Shown: piece after piece, positions 29,301-40,231 of the stretch
How positions within the stretch are numbered: position 1 is the stretch's first letter
How the letters are laid out: each line of letters opens with the position of its first letter
Source of the DNA: Phallusia mammillata
Taxonomy: Eukaryota
DNA: 64,000 nt
Direction: 5' to 3'
Assembly (NCBI GenBank): GCA_965637545.1
Contig: OZ281501.1
Span: forward strand, 6,200,001-6,264,000
Position numbers and translations under genes: made by a program
Notes under the pieces: generated by a model
What the model saw: the letters and a program-made list of their open reading frames with translations, nothing else
Told to the model about the DNA's origin: nothing
Database searches by the model: none

Positions 29301-32300
29301 AAATGGGGCCAATAAATGTAAGTTTCGTTTACAGCTCATTATATGATTTAGATTTAACAGAAAAATTGACTTTTAGAACGGAACAGTTGTATGTCAACGG
29401 AAAAAATGCCCTCACCTTACCAAATGCCGTGGATCAGAGGTTTATTCCGATTCCCGTTGTTGCCCTGTGTGTCCCGAATACCTGCTTAGCAACTGTTCGC
29501 TTCCGACGGGCAAAACCGCACAGGTAGGTCAAGGCTGTAATTTACGGCACCTTAGAGAGCATGCAACTTTTATCTACGGTAATTGCTTCGTTTTCAGCAC
29601 GGTCAGATTTGGAACAAGGACTCAGACCCTTGTATACGATGTTCATGCGACAACGGGACTATCACATGTGTCCAAGTTAATTGCTCAAATGTGGCACTTA
29701 AGTGCCCTACGGTAAGGGTTACGTTATAGTGTTAAGTTGTACCACATTTGATGAAGTTGCTATAAGTTTTAGAATACTATACCAAAGAACACAATAACCA
29801 AGTCTGTTGATATTATTAAACGTGTTTTAAACATTAACAGAAAGCCTGTACTGTGGAATTAATTTTCATTAAAATATAAGTATTTAAACGCACCTTTCGG
29901 TTTGACTTGCCTAACTTTACTGATGACCAAAATAGTTTTGTCAAAATGTTAAATTATCACTTTTGAGACCACTTTAATTTACTTCACCGGCAATTTAGTT
30001 CTTATAGGTAAAAGCATTTGAAGTGTTATCTTTACGGTAAATTAATCAAATAAAACTGAAGTACCTTATCAACGCTACAGTTAACAATAAAATACATCTT
30101 TGCTATTTCTAACTTAGCATTATTATAAAGCTCGCTGAAACTTTAAGTTTTTTAACCTGCTGCTGAACACAGACCTTACATGCAGATATCATATTCTATC
30201 TACACTTTCGCTGATAACTAAAACAGTAACTTTCTCATAATACCGTCACCGGCTTATTATAGCTACACTAGTCCTTGAAACGGAACCATATAGAGTACCA
30301 TAGCGGTGAAAAACGGCAAAAATCTGCGTGCAAAACAAATTGCGGGACGCCCAAAATCAAGTTGCCGCGCCGAAGGCATAATTTCGGCTTTTTCACCAAG
30401 GACTTTTGGCCGAAACGTGTATGGCTGCTGTAAACAGAACTAAATACAAATAAGCAACAGTTTTATGTTTTGTGTGCCATACAGTTAATTTCGACCGGTA
30501 AAGTATTACGAGCTAGGAAGGCTTAAACATAGTTTGTTTGTAGCTAAAAGTATAAAATCTAAGATAAAATCTCGGGAAAAATGTTTTTAGGCAACAGCAT
30601 AACGTTTCTAATCATAACAGGTCCAAAGGTTTCATGCAAATATTACTAAAAATGTCTCGCTTTTTCTGTACTGTATATGTAGAAGCCAGTGGCTATTTAA
30701 GGGTATCTTGCTAAGAATGAAGCCAGTTGGTTAAAAATATTTTTAAATTAATTGAAACGGATTTGTTTTTTAGGGTCAAGTCTTCGATTTTTCTCCAGGA
30801 ATATGCTGCAAAACGTGTATCGAAGGTGGATATTATGAGGATAAATTAAAACTTTTGACTTCGCTTTTGTAACGTTGTAAACTGAACTTACTTAAAAACC
30901 AATGTTAACATTTCTATTTAATTTCTAGTTTATGTCAGCTGTATTGGTCGTACTATTGGGATTGTGTAACATGACGTCATATTTGTAATTACGTCAGCAA
31001 AAACAACATTATTTTTGTAAACAAGTTTTTGACTTACACACATTTCACTAAAAAGGAACTGATCCCGCTTTTTTCCTCAAGTCAAAAAATAAATAAAAAT
31101 AATAACAAACAGTTATGAATTGGTCTTACACTTTTTCAGAGCCTGGCATATGTACTGTATTTGGTGACCCCCATTATCGAACGTTCGACGGCCGACCGTT
31201 TAACTTCCAAGGATCATGTGGCTACATGCTTGCCAAAGACTGCAGCGCTTCTAACAGCTTCTCATTAGTCGTAGCAAACGACGCAAAACGCTCTCGAGCT
31301 TTTTCCTGGACCCGTAACGTCTCCTTGAATCTTCACAATATTGGTAAGTTTACCTCCAATAGTTGCTAACTTGGACTTAAAATCAAACATTTGGCAAATG
31401 TTATCAAATGTTGGATTTAGATTTGAGTGTGCTGTGATCGCTGATTTACATATAGCCATAGACGCTTCAGGGCTGATCCTAGTTATAAATTTATGTTCAT
31501 CTTAACTGGAAAATTTCTGTTAACCTTTTTCGGGAACGAAATGTTTGGAAATAGAGGACTTTTTTCACAAAGGATCTGCTTTGTTTTCAAGTTTTTTTTA
31601 ATGTACTTCACGAAGTTTGAATTTACGAAGTGTATTATTTGGTAAACAACGTACGAAATGCATTGCAGCATGCAAGTCAATAACTAATAACTTATTTCAG
31701 AGTTCTCAAACCGTGCGTCGCGACGCCCTGGTGCGTCGTTTCAGTTTTCCAAGGGCGTCGCAGAATAGTTGCGTTTCGTGGCTTTTTGTTGTTGTATCAA
31801 TAAACATAACTTTAATAATAAGTTTCCTCTTTAACTTTTATTTGCTGGTGCGTCGCAAGTCCAGAGAACTTTTTCAGGGGCGTCGCAACAACAAAAAGTT
31901 TGAGAACCACTGATTTAATCTACCACTTTATTCGATAAGTCAAATTCGAAAAGGTTAAAAATGTTAAAATTCTTGTTTCTGCACTTATTTTACACACTAA
32001 AATTATTGTTTTCACACCTTATAGATCTAAACATCACCCTCCATCAGCGCCTAATAGCTAGATTAAATGGCCGTAAGGTGGCGCTCCCGTACACAAATCG
32101 AAACGTAACGATATTTGTGGAAAAAGGATTTGTCAAAGTTCGAACTACAGTGGGTGAGTTGCATTGTTTAAACCGTAGAGCAAATACTTTTGGAAATCTG
32201 ACTTCAGTACAATATAAAGAAAATAAAAATACGCCTTAATGTAACAATTTTGCATAAAAGTACGCGATTAAATAGGTCACAAAGGTTTAATGCATGCATT

Positions 32301-35266
32301 TGGAACAAATATAACTTTCAAATTGATTTTTGACCTTTAAGACGATTCTTTTTGTGAAAATTTTTTGTCAAAGCAATCTTTCAATGATTCAAAACAAATG
32401 ACCAAACATATGTTCAACTATAAACTGCCCCCACAAAATTCATCATTGAAAACAATGAAATTGACAGGGCCTTTAAGTGTACGATTTTAGTAAAATGTTT
32501 CAGAATCCAAAATCCATAAAATCCATTAAAGAAACACTCAACAACAAAGAGGAAATTTTAAATTGATATTCATTTCAACACCTTGCAATTCGTAACATTA
32601 TTTCGTAAAAATACCGTAAGTTTTTTTGTCAACAGCCTAATTGCAATGTTTAGGCATTTCTCTAAATTGGGATGGAGATAGTTATCTCGAAACAGGAGCT
32701 TCGAGCAACTTACGCGCAAAGCTTTGTGGACTCTGCGGGAATTTCAATGGATTTGCCAGGGACGATTTTATTGGCGGAGACGGAAATTTTAAGTTTGATA
32801 AAAATGCTTTTGCTGATTCATGGCGAGTCACGGATGACTGCACGCGACCAGATTATAATACAAGGTCAGTGCAATAAATTTATTTGCTTGTTTTGTTTTC
32901 CTGTACGGCAAATGGAGAGCGTCTTCTTTATCATATACTTGACTGGACAAATACTGATTCTTACAGACTTTTCTTTGTTCATCCGGTAAATGTAAACAAG
33001 TCATCCGACGTTTACTATATTCAGATGGTAACAATACTATATTCACTGATTCGCATGTTTTATGCCAATTTTTTGGCAAACAAAGTTACAATTCTGTTTT
33101 ACATAGTATAGTGGTAAGAGAATACAAAAGTGTAAAGTAGAATTATAACCAACGACCCTAAAAACAAATCGATTGGTCTTTGCAGTTTAATTTTGTGTGT
33201 GTATCTTTGTAACTTTTGTGTATCTAAGCTACTTTGAATCAACTAAAGTTGTTTCAAAAGGCGAGAGGTAACTTATTGTAACGGTACTACAACTAAAATT
33301 TGATGTGTTGAAACTTCTAAAAAAAGTCTTCTAAAAAAGGGGCAAAACTACACAAACGTATTTACACTTTATTTATGATTTAGGACCGCAAATAAAACAG
33401 CCAATTGTTTTCAGACCCGCAGAACCTTGCAGCAAATCCGTAGCAGCAAGACTTCGCGCCCGCCAGAAATGTTCAGTGTTTAAATCTCCTCCGTTTCGTC
33501 CGTGTTATATTCACGTCGACCCGACCGAGTACTACAAGTGAGTAGGCCAGGCGAAAAAGAGCACTAAACCTCTTTTGGGGTTACTAACGAGCTTTGTGTT
33601 TTTGCGCACATATGTGAGTTTTCAGGGGCCCGAACCCGGTTCAAGTCGGAAAGTAAATTCCCGAAATCGGGCTTAAACCAGAAAGTATACAAGTCCGAAG
33701 CCTAGTCCAAACCTTTTTGCAAACAAACAAAAGCTGATTTAGACCTGAAGTATGAAGTCAGGCCCAAATCAAGTCTGCAAATTTTAGATTGAACCCAAAC
33801 CGGCCCGAACCTTAACCTGTTGGAGTTCTTTTATTTACTAAGTAAATAGGTCGGTCGAATTTAATTTTTAATATCACAACCTTGGTTTACAGCATTGTGG
33901 AAGTGTAACGTTATCATCCAGGATTTTATTGTCGATTTTATTTGCAGATCATGTTTAACGGACAGTTGTGAATGTCCACGTCACAAACGTTGCTCATGCG
34001 AATCGCTTCGAGCTTATACAGCAGCGTGTGCGCGACGAGGCGTATCGATCACGTGGAACAAAAACTATTTTTGCAACAGTAAGTATTACAAATATACTCA
34101 ACCAACAAGTGTTTGGTTTGGTTCCCAGCATTTTATGTTTACTTCGTGCTCGACAATCTTGCTCGAACTGTCATGGCATCACACTTGTGTGACATAACAA
34201 TAGAATAAAAGTTGCAAAAAAAATTTTTTTTTGTTTGTTGAATTTGTTTGTTTATTTGTTGATCTCGTTATAACATAGATTTAACTTTTTAACGTTATGC
34301 GAGGTTGATTATATTTTCATCTTGCATCGAACCATTGTCAGACCAAAAAATCTCGGTTCTAGTTACAAGTCTGATTTGGCCTACAGTTTTATAGCAAAAT
34401 TTTAAATCCAAACAAAGACTTAAAATTTTTTTTGTTTGCTTAAAAAATCCAATTCGTTACTAGGGAAACTTTGCTGTTTAGCGCCACAATCGTCAACACT
34501 TTATTTATTGCTGATTATGACCCTTAACAAACAATTCAAGTGTTCTGCCAATAGCCAACAGAAAACCCAAATGAAAATGTGTAAAAGCCATTAACAATTA
34601 CCACCCCTTGTTGATGGCAGTCTCCGTATAATTATTCACTAAATCAGTCACCGTCTAACGACATAAGACGCAAACAAAACAGTTGAAGAAAAATGTTTTT
34701 CTTTTAGGGACTTGTGGACGTGGAAAGTTCTATTCTACATGCGGCCCGGCCTGCAAGTACACGTGCAAGTAAGTATATAGTGGTTAACAATTGGAATTTA
34801 ATGGTACCAATTTGCAGTAACTAAATTAGGCTTGAGAACCAATAGAACTTATCCCTTGGCTGTATATAACTTTAACATTTTTTTGAATGAAATATCACAA
34901 AAGTACGTTGTAAGGTGACAATTATTTTTCTGAATGACCAAATCAATAAACGGAGCGACAAAAAAACTGTTGTCTACTTTATTTTTTCATTCGTTAAAAA
35001 ATGTGCACACTTCACTTTAACAATTTTATTTTCATTGTTTTTTAATATACACACTCCCCTTTAACAATTTTTATCCTTCCACTAGAAACTACAAAAACAA
35101 ACGTCGAAACAGGCGATGCAAACGTCGCCGCTGCGTGGCCGGTTGTCGCTGCCCTGCCGGTTACGTATTAAATAGGTCAAAGTGCGTGAAGTCAACCACG
35201 TGTCCCGCGTCACCAGGGGAAAACCCGTTTGAAAACATCTTGACCAGGAGGTCAGGAAAATCCTGA
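23340..35266 (+). CDS. BMPER: BMPER / Crossveinless-2, copy B (18 exons, ~724 aa)
   Basis: Exons 23340-23514, 23930-24015, 25005-25101, 25985-26067, 26744-26837, 27193-27269, 27366-27465, 27956-28065, 29377-29523, 29598-29711, 30774-30825, 31140-31343, 32025-32153, 32654-32864, 33415-33537, 33948-34078, 34708-34768, 35086-35266 (TGA) join into one open frame of 2175 nt. Same domain order and intron phases as copy A; GDPH autocleavage motif retained. The start codon is the least certain part. Confidence 0.92.
31698..31912. mobile_element. hAT-like MITE in a BMPER-B intron
   Basis: Ends CAGAGTTCTCAAAC / GTTTGAGAACCACTG with repeated GCGTCGC subterminal motifs; no TSD. Confidence 0.7.
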
Positions 35267-35519
35267 TTTTCTTTTTTCCTTTTTTGTAGTTTAATTACAC
35301 GAGACATCCACCGTCAATGCTTCACTGTTTCAAACCCTTAGTCAGCATAATAGTTGTTTTTGCCTTGTCTGCCGTTTTCATTTATTTTTTGGATCCTAAT
35401 TTTTTGGATGTTTTTTATCCTATGGTTTTTAACTTTTTGAAGGTACTGGCATTGAAAAATACGTAAAACGCTTATCGGATGCCTTAAAAATACACTAAAG
35501 AAGCTTGTTTTGTTATTAC

Positions 35520-35597
35520 CAGTGGTGGGATCCAAATTTTTTACCAGCTGGTTCTACCACAAAAGTCGTATTTTTTAGTCGGTTGAATCCCACCACT
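35520..35597. mobile_element. 78-bp miniature hAT-like element
   Basis: TIRs CAGTGGTGGGAT(C)C / GAATCCCACCACTG, flanked by GTTATTAC / GTTACTAC (8-bp TSD with one mismatch). Confidence 0.75.
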
Positions 35598-36050
35598 GGT
35601 TACTACATGAAACTCTTTCAAAAAATTTTCCACTAAAAAGAGAACAACCATTCAGAAAAAAAATTATTAATCGTTTGTCAAATGCGAAAGGTGTATTAAA
35701 AAAATCACAAAATAGCGAATAAAAGGGTACTTCTGCGATGTACGTAATCCGGTTTGCGCAGATCTTATACTGGATGGTCTGTCTTCCGTTCTGCGTCGTG
35801 TATTACAGCATAAAAAAGATACGTGTAGATACTTCTATGCAGCATATTCTTTTCACACATACGGCATCTATCCGCACACCTGGCGTCAGCATACCGCATG
35901 TCCGCACACAAGGTGTCGCGCTGCCTCAATTTAAAAATATGTTGTCGCTTTTTTTGCTCTATTTATTTCCGTTTTACCTCGTAGCAAAATACAACATTTA
36001 CACCAGCACGTGCTTATTGTGAGTTTACATTTCCGACCGCACTTTTATGA

Positions 36051-36554
36051 CGGTGCCTTCGAAAACTGCAGGTGCGCTAGGTGCGCTTGGTCTGCTGGGT
36101 ACTTCGCTTGGTAAACTACAGGTAACTCGTTCTAATTCAACAAAGCCCGTAAATAGTGCAGGTAACCTTTTTTGAAACGAGTAAACTAGTAGTTACTGCG
36201 ACGTAACGTAATAATGCTGTATGTACTGTTTTTAAGGTAGGGTTGGGGTTAGGGTTAGGGTTAGGGTTAGGGTTAGGATTTAGAGTTTAGGGTTTTGGTT
36301 GTGTGTTGGGACTATCGTAACACTTTTCCAGCATTATTTGCGTGTTTTAACGTTAACTGCAGTATTTACGATTTGACGCATAAAAACAGGACAGCTGTAG
36401 TATTTTCGACTTACGTCGTACCTATTCTGAGTTTAATCGCACCAAGAGAGTTACCTGCACTATTGTTAAGTTACGTTGCACGAAAAAAGGTTACCAAGCG
36501 AGGTACCAAGCGCACCTAGCGCACCTAGCGCACCTGTAGTATTCGAAGGCACCC
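36051..36554. mobile_element. 504-bp foldback/MITE with 9-bp TSD (Mutator- or Merlin-like) and an internal telomeric tract
   Basis: TIRs GGTGCCTTCGAA(A/T)ACT(G/A)CAGGTGCGCTAGGTGCGC with tandem GGTGCGCTA units; exact direct repeat CTTTTATGA at 36042-36050 and 36555-36563. Confidence 0.85.
36238..36293 (+). repeat. Interstitial (TTAGGG)n telomeric-like repeat
   Basis: Four perfect TTAGGG units from 36249 with degenerate flanking units; at least 6 GGG tracts. Confidence 0.9.
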
Positions 36555-36557
36555 CTT

Positions 36558-39299
36558 TTATGAGAGCAGGGCGTTTGCCGCTGACAACCCGTCGTATTCT
36601 GGGGCTTTCCCGCCGAAGTCACTTGGTATGGTTTGTTCGGGAAAGTGTTTAAAAAATCCGCTAAGGTCTTTACCATACACGTGAATCTGTGAATGTTAAA
36701 GGAAAACGTTATTGGTCTGCCTGAAACTAATTGTTTGCAGCTGTTTGACTTAGCCACTAATGAATTTACTTCACAACAAAAAACAAATGTTTTGCCCATA
36801 ATAGTGGATAATTTTGCTCAGTCTTGGTAAATACTTTTCCCACTTTGAGTTAGGCCAACCAAACCTATATTTTTCTTCTGTTTCTCGTGTGGCCCCATGA
36901 AAGTAGGCCTATATTTGCCCACCCTTGTGTTAGTGTCTAGCCTTAATTGCTTGCGTAACCAAAGAATCTGAATTAAAACGTTGCTTCACAAAGCAAAAGA
37001 TATTGCTTACTCGGCTTCTGAGCTTCTCGCTAAGAAAAACTTTGATGAGGTTGAAGGTTTGAACGAATATCGCAGGTTGATTGATGAGATAAACACCTTT
37101 AAATCGAAACGGCACTGACCCCTGTGAAAAATATAACATGTTTCTGTTAAACAAAACAAAGAACTTTTACCTAAAATATTGTTTTACTCGCAAAAAGTCA
37201 ATGCTGAAACGCAAAAAGCACACATGTAAAGAATATTATTAAAAATATTATATGTAAAGTAAAAATTATTTTTTGGCTTTAATCAATAACTATTATGTTT
37301 TGGGTGTATAAAGCGGAGTTTGAAGTTGGTATAAACTGAATTTTCTTTATTTCCTCTTTCATTTTCAGCCACCGTAAATCCATAATATTGTCAAAAATAT
37401 GCTGAAGTGTAAACTGGTCAATGAAAAAGCTTTCTATACCTGTAGCATATCAACCATCTGCTTGTATTCTGACAATCCAACCCCGAGCATTTGTTTGAGA
37501 CTGTAGCCCTGCAAGTTCATGATAATCTTTACACCGTGAACTTGGGTTTCTTCGGAATCCAAGAGTTTGTCGAAAATGTAAATGTAGGTTGCTACCACCT
37601 AGAACAAAATCCCAAAAGTTTGAGTTAATGTTTATGTATTTTTTTAAATGTTTTAGTGTCTAAACCCGGTTAGGTAATGTACAATGATTGTCTACATGTA
37701 TTTCTTGGTTACAATAGATTGTATGTACTCTCTTGAGGAGTGATTATCATCTTTGAAAATACCCTATACGTTAAATTTCTGTGTTTAAACACATTTTCCA
37801 TGTGAGTTTTGAAACACTTTACTGTAACTTCTGTACCTGGCTAATACCGTTTAATCGTAGGCTAAATATACGCTAAAAAACTCCCTTTGAAAATGTTCCA
37901 TCGCTTAGCTAGCTTTTCAAGTTTAAAAACTTACATCGGAAAAGCTGACGTCATTTGGGTCCCAGTCTTTCATCTTAAACATAAATACGACGTGCCCCTG
38001 TTGATTTTAAAATACATGTTTATTGCAAAGTTGACTTGGATAATCTGAGGCTTGTTATTTACAAAAGTAGCGAAAATTAAAAACGGATTGTTTTATCCTG
38101 TAAATTGTTGTATTGTTCGAAACTGCTTTCATAGAAATCATATGATTTTGTACCTCGTCGTCACGCTGTGTGAGCAAGCCGGGTTGACATTTCGCCACAC
38201 GTTGTCGTGCAAATTTGTTATCAACCCTTTCCAAAAACTTGTGCTTTTTAAGAAACCTTTCGTGATCTGTAAACAGAAACAAACACAAATATTTTAGTAG
38301 CTGTTACCATTGGTGCAATTATCTTTCGCTGAATTTCTGAATTAGTTTCTAAAAACAATACCTCAATAACACTAAAATAATTATCAATTCGGAAATAAGA
38401 CGATGATAATTAGGAGAAGGCAACATTAGAAGGCGTTGTTGGAAGGGTGCTACAAATGGATGGTTTACCCGTTAATTGCTTGTAGCTTCTCTCTACGTTG
38501 TACTTTTTCGTTCTAAGAAATCGTAGTAAATAGATGTCTGTGGAATCTTTGTATTTAGAAGCAAGATTCTCTTCTCTACAAAACAAGATCGTACACCTTA
38601 CCACAAATACATCTGTAGGCAACAGATTACGAATTACATCAAAATACGAAGACATGTTTCTCTATTCTGGTTCATATGCATCGGTTAGTTACTGTACAGT
38701 TAAAATGAGTTGCAGTTTGTATTCAACTTTACTATTTAAATCAGCAATTTCAATGGTTAAAGTGCCACACAACTGCATGCTTTTATGGATTCATATGTAC
38801 TGAAAACACTTACCTGCAACCTGTGGTAATTAGTTCACGAAGTTCAGCAAGTGCCTCAGCCTTCCTTTCATCACTCTCGCCCAATTCATTACACGCCTAA
38901 AACAAACTACAGATGACATTACCAATTATAATTTAAACCAGGCTATTGCTCTAACCATTTTAATACAGAGAATTAAATACCGAGGGTCCTTGCAAGCAAT
39001 CATACCGCATTGCACACAAATTTGCACAACTAAACATGCATTACTAAAACAAAAAGTAAATGAACACAAACATACAGCACAGAGCGTCATTCATTCTGAA
39101 TATTGAAATTCAAGAAGAACCTAATAAAACTTATGCATGCTGCTGTAATTGACATCGACCGTTGGCATAAAAATTGGTTGAACTGAAATTATGTGGTCTC
39201 TTATACATATCCCACCTTCGTTATAGCAGCTTTCGATAATCCAGTGCATAAAATAGGAGGCTGCTGCATTTTGATAGTTTCGTCGCTGCCTTGTTCCAT
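36558..39299 (-). CDS. RLBP1: CRAL-TRIO protein, cellular retinaldehyde-binding protein (CRALBP)-like, ~282 aa
   Basis: Exons 39299-39216, 38896-38814, 38575-38469, 38266-38154, 37997-37935, 37598-37440, 37121-37011, 36686-36558 (TAA). CRAL-TRIO N motif DIYLLRFLRTKKYNVERS; KLLDSEETQVHG, KQMVDMLQGSVPFRFK and DLSGFFKHFPEQTIPSDFGGKAPEYDG resemble RLBP1 more than TTPA. Orthology needs a phylogeny. Confidence 0.8.
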
Positions 39300-40231
39300 T
39301 GTGACACAACAATACTGCAACACAATTCCTTTTAAAAGTGCCCTTCGGCTCCCGCGACCGTCTTTTTCGCGCGAGACACAAACAAACAATTACCGGCCTT
39401 TCTGCTGGGCAAGATTGTTTGAACAGGTCTTCTTTAATCCGGCGTCCTTGTTTAACCCCCTTGCAGTCGAAAGTCTTTTCCGAAAGTGCGAATTCTATAG
39501 CCTACAAACGGTCACGATTTTTTTTGTGGCAAGCTGGAGTGGGATTGTCTTCACCGTCAGTACTACTAAGCGTTTGTACAATCGATTACACTAATAAATA
39601 ATTTACCACCGTATACGCTCCAGCCCGCAACCAGCTGTACAAATGCTTATGACTCTGCAAGTGAGAAGTCACTAGTAACCGAAGATTAAACTTTGCTTTC
39701 TGCGACTGAAAGATTTCGGACAATGCTCATCATACACAAAGATCATTGCTTTATTATACTCTCAGTTTACTGAAATATTCATTAATAAATGATCGTTGTT
39801 TCTGTTTGTATAATCTCTGAATAATTTTTATCAAATATGTAAACAAAAGATTTTTTAGTTTAGCCTTTAGAACACATTACAATAACTGTATGATTTCTGT
39901 AAATTTAAAACCGCTACATTTAGAGCTATTGGTTTCTACAGGCACCATTCGGGTATTTCCCTTTTACTAGGTTTTCGCACAATTGGGTATCTTGCTGTGC
40001 AAAATTATGTTATATTTGAACTACAATTAAGCATAGATTTTCTTTGCAATTTTCTTCCACTGGCATATTTATTATGTGCCCGACAAATACTGTAAGATTT
40101 CAAGCGCTAATCTCTAAGTTTATTTAGTTGAACTTGACATAAAAATTTGCAAATGTTTTAATAATTTGACAAAAACGTCGAAAACTTGCCACTAAAATTT
40201 CTTGATGTTGCAACAGAATAAACAACTAGCT
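39300..40231. promoter_or_regulatory. Probable bidirectional promoter between the CRALBP-like and TPR-CHAT genes
   Basis: Predicted start codons diverge 932 bp apart, with a locally more GC-rich patch near 39330-39560. No TSS data. Confidence 0.4.

Noticed and set aside
1-35266. Kielin/chordin-like (KCP), mucin or VWF assignment
   Set aside because: Only five VWC modules before a single VWD-C8-TIL, with BMPER-type motifs.
36238-36293. True telomere or chromosome-fusion scar
   Set aside because: Short, single orientation, and enclosed in a TIR/TSD-bounded element.
36506-36540. CRISPR-like repeats
   Set aside because: Tandem 9-mers without spacers inside a TIR; eukaryotic context with no cas genes.
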